In this document: positions 32,083 to 42,544 of the stretch, one piece after another
How positions within the stretch are numbered: the stretch's first letter is position 1
Layout: the number at the start of each line of letters is the position of its first letter
Origin: an uncultured Chloroflexia bacterium
Lineage (GTDB): Bacteria > Chloroflexota > Limnocylindria > Limnocylindrales > CSP1-4
Assembly: GCA_963734535.1 (NCBI GenBank)
Contig: CAVTHS010000001.1
Location: 1-51,024 of the forward strand
Length of the DNA: 51,024 nt
Direction of reading: 5' to 3'
Position numbers and translations under genes: made by a program
The notes under the pieces: generated by a model
Database searches by the model: none
The model's input: only the letters and a program-made list of their open reading frames with translations
What the model was told of the DNA's origin: nothing

Positions 32083-33362
32083 GCGCCCCGGTCGCGGGTG
32101 AATCGGGAGTGGCAATCGTGCCGCCCGGGATCCCGGTCGCGCCGGGCGACCCGACGCTGCGCTGGTCGAGCCAGGCCACCACGATCGCGGGGATCGAGCA
32201 CGAGCTGGCGACCTTCTGGGCGCTTCCCCAGGTGAATGCGGTCGTCGGCGCTCCCACGGAACGGATCGTCGCGGCCCGGACCAGCGTCCTCAACCTCGTG
32301 GTCGTCGCGCGGAGCCCGGAGCTCGGCGAGCGGGCCGCCTCGACGCTCTCCATGCTCACCGGCCGTCATCCATCGCGGACGCTCATCCTCGTCCCCTCGG
32401 ACCCGGACGGCCCGGACTGGCTGCACGCCCAGGTCAAGGCCTACTGCATGGTCCCGCGCGCAGGCGCGCCCGAAACCTGCGCCGAGCAGATCTACGCCAC
32501 GGCGGGCGGGGCGACCGGTCGCCACCTGGGCGCAATCGTCGCGCCGCTGCTGGTGCACGACCTTCCGGTCACGCTGTGGTGGCCCGGTGAGCCGCCGTTC
32601 GGCGCGCCCGTGGCGCGCGACCTGATCGGGATGGCCGACCGGCTGGTCGTCGACGGCTCGAGCTGGGCGGGCGACGGGCTCGACCGCCTGCGGGACCTCG
32701 CGGCGCTCGGCGGTCGCTCGCTCGCGATCTCCGACTTCGCGCTCATGCGCCAGGCGCGCTGGCGCGAGGCCGTCGCGTCCGTCTTCGATCGCCCCGAGTT
32801 CCTGCCGTATCTCCGCTCGCTGCGGCGCGTGGCGGTCACCTACGGGACGCATGGCGGACCGGATGCCGAGACCCGCACCAACATCGTCAAGCCCATCTAC
32901 CACGTCGCGTGGCTCGCCTCGCGGCTCGGCCTCCGCGTGGTGCGACCCCTGGAGCGGGCCGGCCGGCCCGGCCCGATCCGGCGACCGCCACCCGGGTCCG
33001 GCCCGGAGCCGGGACGCGGGATGCGCGCGCTCCTGGCCTGGGACCGCGGCGCAGAGGTGGAGGTGGTGATCCGCCCGGTGATCTCGGGGATGCCCGGCGG
33101 CACGACGCTGCGGGTGGAGATCCTCGCGGAGCGACGCGGGACCGAGCTGCGTGCCGAGGTGACGGCAGAGGCGGAGCGCGTCCACGTCCGCGTCTGGGAG
33201 GACGGTGTCGAGGCGCTCGCGCGCCCGTTCATGGCGCCGCGCCGGACGGACGTCGACCTGCTGGCGGAGGCGATCGAGGCAGGCGGCCGCGACCACGTGG
33301 CGATCGGGGCCTCCAGCATGGCAGCGGCCCTCGCGGGGCCGCGCGCCGGCGGCACGGCATGA
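32067..33362 (+). CDS. opcA: G6PD assembly protein OpcA
   Basis: RHPSR, LLVHDLPV.LWWPG, RLVVD, R..RWRE; located directly after zwf. Confidence 0.88.
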   Translation: MAADLSAPVAGESGVAIVPPGIPVAPGDPTLRWSSQATTIAGIEHELATFWALPQVNAVVGAPTERIVAARTSVLNLVVVARSPELGERAASTLSMLTGRHPSRTLILVPSDPDGPDWLHAQVKAYCMVPRAGAPETCAEQIYATAGGATGRHLGAIVAPLLVHDLPVTLWWPGEPPFGAPVARDLIGMADRLVVDGSSWAGDGLDRLRDLAALGGRSLAISDFALMRQARWREAVASVFDRPEFLPYLRSLRRVAVTYGTHGGPDAETRTNIVKPIYHVAWLASRLGLRVVRPLERAGRPGPIRRPPPGSGPEPGRGMRALLAWDRGAEVEVVIRPVISGMPGGTTLRVEILAERRGTELRAEVTAEAERVHVRVWEDGVEALARPFMAPRRTDVDLLAEAIEAGGRDHVAIGASSMAAALAGPRAGGTA

Positions 33363-34187
33363 CGGGCGGGAGCCGGCACGGCGCCGCGTCGCGGCGCCCC
33401 GGGGGAGCCGGAGATCCTCGTGGCTGACACGCCGCCTGCGGCGGCCGCGCTCGCGGCCGAACGCCTCGTCCGGGCGATCGAGCTCGCGGTGGCCCGCCGG
33501 GGCCGGGCGGACATCGCGACGACCGGCGGCTCCACGTGCCCGGAGCTGTACCGGGCGCTGCTGGCGCGGCCCCTCCGCGACCGCATCCCGTGGGATCGGC
33601 TGCACGTGTGGTTCGGCGACGACCGCTTCGTGCCCCGGAGCGACCCGGAGTCGAACCTTCAGCCCGTCGACACGATCCTGCTCGCCGGCGACGCGGTGGC
33701 GGGGCTGGAACCCGCGCCACTGCCGCCGGCGAACCTCCACCCGGTCCCTGTCGACGCGACGCTCGCCGTGGGTGGTGGCCCGGCCGAGGCCGCCGCCTCG
33801 TACGAGGCCGCGCTCCGGGCCGCTCTGCCGTCCGATGCCGCCGGGCGGCCCGTCTTCGACGCGATCACCGTCGGCATCGGGCCCGACGGCCACCTCCTCT
33901 CCGTCTTCCCTGGCAGCGCCGCGTTCGACGCGCCCGGCTGGGTCGTCCCGGTCCCGGCCCCGACCCACGTCCAGCCGCACGTCGCGCGCGTCACGCTGAC
34001 GCCGGACGCGCTCGACGCGACGCCGACGCTGCTCCCGGTCGCGTTCGGCGACGGAAAGGCTGCCATCCTCGCCGCGATCCTCGACGGGCCCCGCGACGAG
34101 CGGCGCCTGCCGGCCCAGCGGGCGCGTCGCGCGGGTGCCAGCTGGGTCCTCGACGCGTCCGCCGCCGGGAACCTGTCCCGGGGCTGA
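33359..34187 (+). CDS. pgl: 6-phosphogluconolactonase; probable frameshift near 33400
   Basis: TGGST, WFGDDRFVP.SDPESN, GIGPDGH.LS.FP, RVTLT. Confidence 0.92.
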
Positions 34188-34291
34188 CCTCGTCCCGCGC
34201 CCTGCGGGTGGCGGCTATCATCCTTGCTCGGACTGCGTCCCCGACCGGACGCGGCTGGGCCGGCATCCCGGTCAGGCAGGGCGAGGCGCGT

Positions 34292-34717
34292 GTGTTCTCC
34301 CGGGTCACGATGGGCTTCGGCGTGGCGATCGTCGCGGTGAGCGGCCTCGTCGCCGCCGTAGGGGCAACCACGTTCAGCACGGCGATCGTCCCGGCCATCC
34401 TCGGCGGACTCTTCATCCTGCTGGGCTGGCTCGCGCGGAACACCCCGCTCCAGCCGTCGGCGCGGCAGCGGTCGCCATCGCTCTTCTCCACGATCCTCGC
34501 GGCGGCGCTCGTGTTCAGCTCGGCCCGCGGGATCTCGCTCATCCTCGACGGGCTGGGCACGGGCGCGGCACCGACCGCGACGGGCATCTTCCTGTTCCTG
34601 ATGGCGCTCGCCGGGATCGGGTACATCATCTTCGGTGCGTGGACGGACATCTCGGAGGCGCGGCGGATCGCCCGCGCGCGTTCTGCCGCTCCGGCCCGCC
34701 GCCGACCCGGCCGCTGA
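34292..34717 (+). CDS. Small four-TM membrane protein (TMEM14-like pattern)
   Basis: Four hydrophobic segments; STAIVPAILG motif. Confidence 0.6.
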   Translation: MFSRVTMGFGVAIVAVSGLVAAVGATTFSTAIVPAILGGLFILLGWLARNTPLQPSARQRSPSLFSTILAAALVFSSARGISLILDGLGTGAAPTATGIFLFLMALAGIGYIIFGAWTDISEARRIARARSAAPARRRPGR

Positions 34718-34866
34718 GGGACCCGGACGACCTGGCCGCTGCGCCTGCCCGCCCGTCTGCGGCGCGAGAGTACGATGTCTGCCAATCGAACCGTCCGGTC
34801 GTGGGTCCCCACGCGACCGACCCGCCGCGAACCGGCCCCGCCCCGGGGCCACGGAGGACGCCGAGG

Positions 34867-36016
34867 ATGACGACCAAGCCGCCGACGCCCCCCGCGGAGG
34901 CCACGAAACCGCTCGACCACACCGTCGATGGGCGACCGTACTCCCCGGGTCTCGAAGGGGTCCTCGCCGCGGAGACGTCGCTGGGCCTGGTCGACGGCAC
35001 CAACGGCCGGCTCATGTATCGCGGCTACCGGATCGGCGACCTCGTGGCGCAGGGCTCGTACGCGTCGGTGGCGAACCTCCTCTGGACAGGCGAGTGGGAT
35101 CCCGAAGGCCCGGCTGACGACAGGCCGGGTGCCCTCTGCCGTCATCTCGACCCTTCGCGCGCTCCCACGGACGGCGAAGCCGATGGATGCGCTGCGGACC
35201 GCCGTCTCGGTCTGGGGCGCGACGCAGGTGCTCGACTGGCCGCCAACCGCCATCCAGGCGCGTGCGCTGACCGAGTTCTCGCCGTCCGCCCTCGCCGCCT
35301 TCATCCGCCTGCGCGAGGACCTCGAGCCGATCGACCCGGATCCGAAGCTCGACATCGTCTCGGGCTTCCTGTACCAGCTCACCGGCGTGCGCCCGGACCG
35401 CGCGACCGCGCGCGCCCTCGACGCCTACTTCATCGTGGGCGCGGAGCACGGCCTCAACGCCTCGACGTTCGCGGCTCGCGTGATCACCTCGACGCGCTCG
35501 GACATCGCGTCGGCCGTCGCCGGGGCGATCGGGGCGATGAAGGGCCCCCTGCACGGCGGCGCTCCGTCCGAGGTCGTGGAGCAGATCCACAAGGTGGGCT
35601 CGCCCGAGCACGCCGAGGAGTGGATCCGCGACGCCCTCGCCCGCGGCGAGCGGCTGATGGGCTTCGGCCACCGCGTCTACCGGGCCTACGACCCGCGGGC
35701 GACTGCGCTCCGCAAGGTCGTCGAGGCGATGCCGGCGAGGCCCGACTGGCTCGAGCTCGCGATCAAGGTGGAGGATGTCGCGCTGCGTGTCCTGGAGGAG
35801 AAGTACCCGGACCGCCCGCTGAAGACGAACGTCGAGTTCTACGCGGCTGCGGTGCTCCAGGGCGTCGGCCTCACCCCGGACCTGTTCCCGGCCACGTTCG
35901 CGCTCGCGCGCCACGCAGGCTGGACTGCCCACGTCCTCGAGCAGGCCTCGGCCAACCGGCTGATCCGGCCGGACGCGCGGTTCATCGGCGTCGAGGAGCG
36001 CGACCTCCCGAAGTAG
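34867..36016 (+). CDS. Citrate (or methylcitrate) synthase; frameshift near 35100
   Basis: SPGLEGV, L.YRGY, EHGLNASTF.AR, GPLHGGA, GFGHRVY..DPRA, NVEFY. Confidence 0.95.
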
Positions 36017-36083
36017 TCGGCCCTGCGAAAGCACGGGAGCCCGAAGCGGGCCCGGCGCCTCGCAGGCGGCCGTGCGCGGCCCG

Positions 36084-37404
36084 TCAGCGGACCGGGTCGC
36101 TGCGTGCCGCCCGGGACCTCCGCAGTGAGACGGCGACGCCCGTCGCCGCCGACGACGAAGACCACGGCGGCCGGCGAGGAACGGGGCCGGGATCCCGCCG
36201 ACGCCCCGGTCGCCGCGGCCCCGACCGTCGGCCCGATGATCCCGGCGACGTACAGGGGGAGCAGGACGAGGTTCAGCGTCGTCGAGCGCCGCTCCGGCGC
36301 CACCTCCACCGCCACCAGGCCGAAGACCATCGCCTGTGTCGCGGCCTGGAGCGCCGAGTACACGACGGTGACGCCGGCGAGCACGGCCACCGTGGGCGCC
36401 ACCGCGGTCCCGAGGAGCGCGACACCCGCGCCGAGCAGCGCGCCCGCCAGGACGGCCCGGAAGCCGATCCGGTCGCTCAGCGGCCCGGCGAGCGGCGAGA
36501 GCAGCGCGCCGACGAGGACCGCCACGCCCGTGACGAGGCCCACCGCGGAGGCGACGTTCGGCTGCCCCCCGTGGAGGCTCTCGACGAGGAGCGGCAGATA
36601 CGGCCGGCTCATCTGGTTGGCGAGCATCGAGACGCCGAAGATCAGGAAGATCCGGCGAACGGCCGGGTCGGTGAGGACGCCCGTGACGGCTTGCCGGGCG
36701 AGCGAGAGGACGCTCCCGACCGGGGCCACCGCCGGCCGGATGTCGCGCGACCCCACCATGAGGAGCGCCACCACCCCGATCGAGAGGAGCGACCCGAGCC
36801 AGAAGACGTCGCTCAGCGGGAGATGCAGCTCGTCGATCATGACCCCGCCGAGCACGGGGCCGAGCGCGAATCCCAGCGGCCCGGTCGCGCCGAAGAGCGC
36901 GGTCACGGTGCCGACCCGGTGACGCGGCGTCACGTCCCGGAGCGCCGCCAGCATCACACCCGTGTTGCCCAGCTGGAGCCCCACGAGGAGAAGGCTCGCC
37001 GCGAGCTGCCATGGCTCACGGGCCAGCGCAACCCCGGCGAACACCACGGCCTCCACGACCGCGGACCGGACGATCACGGCGCGGCGGCTGTACTTGTCGG
37101 CCCAGACGCCCCAGAACGGGACGAGCACGATGCCGAAGACGAAGATGAGGCTGCTGAACAGCCCCGTGAACGTGGGCACCTGCGAATCGGGCAGCCCCAC
37201 GTCGCTCAGCCGGAAGGGGAGGAACGCGAAGACCTGGGCGACGCCCATCGCCTCCACGGTCGACGTGATCGCGTAGACGAGCAGCAGGCTCCGCCAGCCC
37301 TGCGCCGGCTGAGCCGGTCGCGGGCCGAGCGACCCTGCTGCCGGGTCGTCGTGAGGCGGGGCGTCGCCGGGCATCGCCGGCTCCGGGGAGGTCCGGGGAA
37401 ACAT
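36084..37404 (-). CDS. MFS transporter; frameshifts near the 3' end
   Basis: ~12 TM; WGVWADKYSRR and GPLSDRIG motif A; start 37404 or 37374. Confidence 0.88.
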
Positions 37405-37467
37405 CGTGGGCGAGTGTAGCGGCGGCGCGCTCGATGGCGAGTGCAGCAAACATGGCACCATGCCGCG

Positions 37468-37947
37468 ATGATCGAGCCTCCCGCCTTCACGGTTCGTCGC
37501 GCCACGCCCGCCGACATCCCGGCGCTCGTGGACCTGCGGATCGCGTTCGACCACGAGCTTGCCGGCCCGCTGCCCGCCGAACGGGCGGACGAGCACCGCG
37601 CATTGATCGAGCGGTACCTCCGCTCGCACGTGCCCGACGGGCGCTACAGGATGTGGGTCGCCGATGCTGCGGGCGAGGTGGTGGGGATGGCCGGGCTGGT
37701 CTTGATCGACCGCCCGCCACATCCGCGCTCGCGGCGCGCGCCCGAAGCGATGGTCTTCAACGTGATGACGGCTCCCGCGTGGCGCCGGCGTGGCGTCGGC
37801 CGGGCCGTGATGGAGGCGCTGATCGCCGATGGCCGGGCGCTCGGGTGCCGCCGCCTCGTGCTCCGGACGAGCGACGACGGGAGCCACCTCTACGCCGCGC
37901 TCGGCTTCGGGGACCCCGGGAACTGGCGGCAGCTCGACCTCGACTGA
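37468..37947 (+). CDS. GNAT acetyltransferase
   Basis: VRRATPADI, V.T.P.WRRRGVG, LY..LGF. Confidence 0.9.
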   Translation: MIEPPAFTVRRATPADIPALVDLRIAFDHELAGPLPAERADEHRALIERYLRSHVPDGRYRMWVADAAGEVVGMAGLVLIDRPPHPRSRRAPEAMVFNVMTAPAWRRRGVGRAVMEALIADGRALGCRRLVLRTSDDGSHLYAALGFGDPGNWRQLDLD

Positions 37948-37950
37948 CCA

Positions 37951-38590
37951 TCAGAGGCCGACGGGCAGGAAGACCCCCGGTCGCCTCGAGCCAGTCGGCG
38001 ACGCGCTCCGCAGCAGCGCCCACGTCGTCGTCGGACACGTCGAGCTCCAGGCGCGGCAGCCGGGACGGCGCTGCTTGCTCGCGGAGCAGCGTCTGCTCGC
38101 GCCGAAGACCTCAGGTCGTCGTACTGCGTCGGGCTCGCCGGAGACGAGCAGGCGCTCCGAGCGGGCGGCCGGGGAATGTCTCGTCGCGCCGCGTGCACAG
38201 GACGATCCGGAAGCCGAGCGGGCGCAGCCGTTCCTCCAGCCAGCCGAAGTCCGGGCTGGCGCCGTGGAGGCGGCACTGCTCCGCCATGGTCGAGAGGTGG
38301 AAGCGGTCCACGATCCAGCTGTAGTACGGCAGCGAGCTCGAACAGGCGCGCCCACGTCGCGAAGGTCTCCATCGCACGCGCCTCGTCCTCGGGCCCGAGT
38401 TGATCAGGCCGTGACCCCACGGGTCGTTGGAGAAGCCGCACCACTCGGCGGAGACGAGCGGCGACGGGTAGCGGTACTTGCGGGGTCCGACGATCCGTGG
38501 GTGCTCGTCGAGGGCCAGCGCCAGGTCGGTCTTGTGGGTGAGGCGGGTACCCTCCAGGATCACCTTCGGGCAGCGCTTCGTGCCGGTCAC
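37951..38590 (-). CDS. Hypothetical protein with atypical P-loop (NMP-kinase-like); several frameshifts
   Basis: KVILEGTRLTHKT; WIVDRFHLST; fragments in three frames ending ELDVSDDD...ADWLE. Confidence 0.7.
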
Positions 38591-38618
38591 GGATCGCGCC
38601 GTCGGTCCGCGACACCGC

Positions 38619-39341
38619 TTACGGCGTCAGCGCGAACGACGAGGCGATCCTGGCGAAGACCGGCGCATCGGTGGCGGCCCGGGCGGGCGCCGTGCCGAAG
38701 GTGAGGACATAGCCGCGACCGGGCGCGACGATGAGGACCTGCGTGATCGCGGCGACCTCCGTCCCGGCGGCCGAGGTGTTGATCGGGGCCTGGTAGGCGT
38801 ACTGGTCGGCGGGTCCCGAGGCCGTCTGAATCCGGACGGGCTGGATCGGCGTCTCCACGAGCAGCGAGACCTGGCGGCCGATCTCGGTGCTGAAGGCGTC
38901 GAGGGTCACCGTGGCAGGAAGGACGACCTCCGTGACCGTGACGGCGACGAGCGCCCCGCTGCGGACGGTGGCGTCGCTCTCGTCATAGGCGTACGCGGAG
39001 GCAGACTTCGGGAGCGCCAGCAGCTGGCTCGCCAGCGAGGTCGCGAATCGAAGGTTCACGGCGTTGTACGCAGCGGCGATCGCCGCGTAGTTCGACCCGA
39101 TCTGGACGCTGCGCCAGCCGGCCGGCAGCGTGAGCGAGTAGGCGCCGACCGGGCGGGACGGCGCCGGGGCATTCGACCCGCCGGGCGCCGACGAGACCGG
39201 CGCGGCGGACGCGGCGCCAGCGCTCGTCGCCGGGCCGGGCGTCGCCGGACCGCTCGTGCCGCACCCCGCCACCAGGGCCACCCCGAGCGAGACGAGAAGG
39301 ATCAGCCTGGCAGCAGCCGGAAGCCCGGGCCTCATCGGCAC
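38619..39341 (-). CDS. Lipoprotein with Pro/Ser/Ala linker (PsbP/DcrB-like pattern)
   Basis: LVAGC lipobox; YSLTLPAGW...YVLTF...F..IASSF. Confidence 0.75.
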   Translation of the reverse strand: MPMRPGLPAAARLILLVSLGVALVAGCGTSGPATPGPATSAGAASAAPVSSAPGGSNAPAPSRPVGAYSLTLPAGWRSVQIGSNYAAIAAAYNAVNLRFATSLASQLLALPKSASAYAYDESDATVRSGALVAVTVTEVVLPATVTLDAFSTEIGRQVSLLVETPIQPVRIQTASGPADQYAYQAPINTSAAGTEVAAITQVLIVAPGRGYVLTFGTAPARAATDAPVFARIASSFALTP

Positions 39342-39501
39342 GTCGGCTCCTCGGCAGTTGCCGTGTTGTCGGCAGGGGCCGCGGGCAGATTGGTCGCCAT
39401 GTGCCGGGATGCCTCCTGTGCGGCGGGTGCGGCGTGTCGGCCGGTCACGCCCGACTGTACCGCCGTTCGGGACCCGGCGCGGCCAGCGCCGGCTCGTGTG
39501 C

Positions 39502-40344
39502 TCAGCCCAGCGCGATCAATGCAACCGCGGCCCCCGCGACTGCGATCCCGGCCGCGTGGGCTCGTGTCACGCGCTCCCCCAGTAAGACGACCGCCAGCAT
39601 CACGGTCGTGACCGGGTAGAGCGACGAGAGCAGGCCCGCGACGTCGAGCCGCCCGACCTGGGCGGCCACGACGAACGCCGCGTTTCCGGCCATGTCCAGC
39701 AGCCCGACGACGGCCACGGCCGGCAGCACCCGCGCCGGCAGGCGCGTCGGCTGGCGGCCGAATCGCGCCAGGAGCAGCACGACGCCCGTCGCGGTCAGGC
39801 GCGAGACGACCAGCACCCCGAACGTCCCGGATGGACTGGCGCGGGAGATCGCCACGTTGTAGAGCCCGAGCGCGGTGCCGGCGCCGAGGGCCAGGCCAAG
39901 ACCGCGCCGCCCCGTGGAGCCGTCGTCGGCCGACGAGACCAGGATCACGGCCGCGATCCCCAGGCCGAAGCCGAGGATCCGGAGCGGGCCCGGCGGACCG
40001 GCAAGGGCGATGCCGACGGCGACCGGGATCGCCGCGGCCAGGACGCCGGTGACCGGTGCCACGATCCCCATCCGGCCGCCCGCCAGCCCGCGGTAGAGGG
40101 CCGCCAGGCCGATCGCCCCGCACATGCCCGCGGCCACCGCCCAGGCGGCGTCCTGGAGCGTGGGCACCCCATCGCCGCGCAGGATCATGACCAGGAGCGC
40201 CGCCCCGGACCCGATCGCCTGGGCCGCGGCCAGGACGCCCATGACGGGCGCTCGGCGGCCGGTGAGCCCGCCCCCGAAGTCGGCTGCCCCCCATGCAGCC
40301 GCCGACGCCAGGCCCAGGACGACGGTCAGGATCGCGGGGTCGAT
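39502..40344 (-). CDS. EamA/DMT family transporter; possible ATC start
   Basis: LGLASAAAWGAADFGGG, LYRGL..G.MGIVAP, LSSLYP.TV.LA..LGER. Confidence 0.9.
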   Translation of the reverse strand: MDPAILTVVLGLASAAAWGAADFGGGLTGRRAPVMGVLAAAQAIGSGAALLVMILRGDGVPTLQDAAWAVAAGMCGAIGLAALYRGLAGGRMGIVAPVTGVLAAAIPVAVGIALAGPPGPLRILGFGLGIAAVILVSSADDGSTGRRGLGLALGAGTALGLYNVAISRASPSGTFGVLVVSRLTATGVVLLLARFGRQPTRLPARVLPAVAVVGLLDMAGNAAFVVAAQVGRLDVAGLLSSLYPVTTVMLAVVLLGERVTRAHAAGIAVAGAAVALIALG

Positions 40345-40354
40345 CGGGCGTCCT

Positions 40355-42544
40355 TCAGGCGACGACCGGGGCGCCGGCCTCCTCGGCGTCGTCGGGCGCG
40401 GTGTCGAGCGCGGTCGGTCCCGGCAGGACGACGACGCGGTCCGCCTGCGCGTCGTAGCGTGTCGAGGTGGTCAGGTAGATGACCTGGAAGTCCGAGGCGA
40501 GCTCGCGAAGGACCGCGACGGCCCGGCCGGCGCGGTCGTCGTCGAACGTCACGAACGGGTCGTCGAAGACCATCGGCGGACGGCGGTCCTGCGTGACGAG
40601 GCGAACCAGGCCGAGGCGCGCCGCCAGGTAGACCTGGTCCAGGGTCCCCTGCGAGAGATCCTCGACGCCGACCCAGTCGCCACGCTCCGGCGCGAAGACC
40701 CGGATGTCCAGGGTCTCGTCATCCACCCGCACGCGGCGATAACGGCCACCGGTGAGCCGCTCCAGGTCCCCCCGCATGCGCTTCTCGAGGTACCGGGTCG
40801 CCTTCCGCATGGTCGTCCGCTCGGCCTTCACGATCGCATCAAGCGCGAGCTGATAGACCCGCGCCCGGCGCTGCAGGGCGGCCAGCTCCTCGCGCCATGC
40901 GGCCAGCCGCTCAACCTCGCCGGCGACCTGCTCCGCATCGACCTGGTTCTGCTCCACCCGCGCCCGTGCGCCGGCCTCGTCGTCGCGGGCCCGTTCGAGG
41001 GCGCCCTCCTGGTCGCGAACCTCCACCTCCAACCGCTCCCGGGCGCGCGGCTCCTTGGCGATCGGCCCGAGCGCTTCGAGCGCGCCCGACTTCTGCTCGA
41101 CATCGAGGGCGGCGGCGTCCCGCAGCGTCGGGAGCGTCTCGGGCGGGGCCTTGCCCACCAGCCCCTCGAGCTGCGCCCGTGCCCGCCCGATCGCCTGGAC
41201 GTGGGCATCCTCGCGGGAGAGAAGATCCTCGGCAGCCGGAAGGTCGTCCAGCGCGAGCGCTGCCAGCTGCGCGTCGCGGTCGGCCACGCGTCGTTTCAGG
41301 TCCTCCTCGAGCTGGCTTCGGCCGCGGAGCCGGCGGGCGATCTCGTCGTCGCGAAGCTGCTTGTGGCGCCGGAAGTCGTTTGCCGAGCGCCGCTTCGTGC
41401 GGGCGTACGCCGCGAGCCCAAGGCCGACGATCGCCGCTGCCAGGCCGCCGAGCATGACCGGTAGCTGGTTCGTCACGAGACCGACGATCGCAGCGGCCAG
41501 CCCGGCCAGCGCGAACACCCCGGCAGCGATCGCGAAGAGGCGCCAGCGGGGCTCCGGGATCACGATCTCGTAGTCGACGGTGGAAGCGCCATCGCCCAGC
41601 TGCGCGGTGAGCTCGGCGATCTCGCGGTCAAGGATCCGGAGCCGTTCGACCACCTGGCGGAGGACCGGCAGCGCCTGGCCAGACGGGTGGCTGCCCTCGA
41701 GGTTCGCGATCTCCGCGGATACGGCCACGGCCTGGTGATAGCGCTCGAACCGCTCCCGGACGACGCCGCGCTCGGCGGTCAGCCGCTCGGCCTGGCGGGC
41801 CTTCTCCAGGAGCGAGCGACGTTCGGCCAGCGACGTGTCGACCTGGGCACGGTGGCCACGGGCGACCACGAGCGCGTCGCGATCGCGTTCGAGCACGGCG
41901 AGCCGCGCTTCGCCATCGCTGACCACCGCCTCGGCGCGCACGACCGCCTGGTCGGCGACCCGGAGCCGTCCGGGATTCTTGTCGCCCCTCGCCTGGAGGT
42001 CGTGGAGCGTCCGTTCGAGGCGGCGCTTCACGGCGCTGGTACCCCGGTCGGCGCCGCTGATCGATGCCTGGAGCCGGTCTCGCAGCGCGCCCTCGTCACG
42101 GGCGAGGTCATCGACCTCGTGGTGCCGCACCGACGCCGTGGAGCGGAAGAACTTCTCCGACGGGATGCCGGTCAGCTCGGCCAGCAGCTCGTCGGCGCGG
42201 GCCGGGTCGGTGGTCATCGCCCCGTCGAGGTCGAGCCGGACGGTCCCCCGCGCGCCCCGGAAGTCCTTGATGACGCTTCCCTCGCGGATCCCCTCGAGGT
42301 CCTCCTGCACGAAGTCGAGCTGGACGGCGGGCCGCGCGTCCTCCCCCGAGTCCCAGCTGCGGAGGCCGTCGATCTCCACGCCCCCGGCCGTGACCCGCCG
42401 GAACAGGCCCACCTCCAGCGCTCGCTGGAGGGTGGTCTTGCCGGCCTCGTTCGGGCCCCGGATCACAGTCAGGCCGGGAGCGAGCTCGAGGTCGAGGTCC
42501 CGGTGAACCCGGAAGTCGCGGACCCGGACACGCGTGATCCTCAC
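40355..42544 (-). CDS. SMC/Rad50-like ATPase (YhaN/SbcE type) with mid-protein TM hairpin
   Basis: GPNEAGKTT; long coiled coil; LSQGT.DQ; FDDPFVTFD. Confidence 0.9.
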   Translation of the reverse strand: MRITRVRVRDFRVHRDLDLELAPGLTVIRGPNEAGKTTLQRALEVGLFRRVTAGGVEIDGLRSWDSGEDARPAVQLDFVQEDLEGIREGSVIKDFRGARGTVRLDLDGAMTTDPARADELLAELTGIPSEKFFRSTASVRHHEVDDLARDEGALRDRLQASISGADRGTSAVKRRLERTLHDLQARGDKNPGRLRVADQAVVRAEAVVSDGEARLAVLERDRDALVVARGHRAQVDTSLAERRSLLEKARQAERLTAERGVVRERFERYHQAVAVSAEIANLEGSHPSGQALPVLRQVVERLRILDREIAELTAQLGDGASTVDYEIVIPEPRWRLFAIAAGVFALAGLAAAIVGLVTNQLPVMLGGLAAAIVGLGLAAYARTKRRSANDFRRHKQLRDDEIARRLRGRSQLEEDLKRRVADRDAQLAALALDDLPAAEDLLSREDAHVQAIGRARAQLEGLVGKAPPETLPTLRDAAALDVEQKSGALEALGPIAKEPRARERLEVEVRDQEGALERARDDEAGARARVEQNQVDAEQVAGEVERLAAWREELAALQRRARVYQLALDAIVKAERTTMRKATRYLEKRMRGDLERLTGGRYRRVRVDDETLDIRVFAPERGDWVGVEDLSQGTLDQVYLAARLGLVRLVTQDRRPPMVFDDPFVTFDDDRAGRAVAVLRELASDFQVIYLTTSTRYDAQADRVVVLPGPTALDTAPDDAEEAGAPVVA

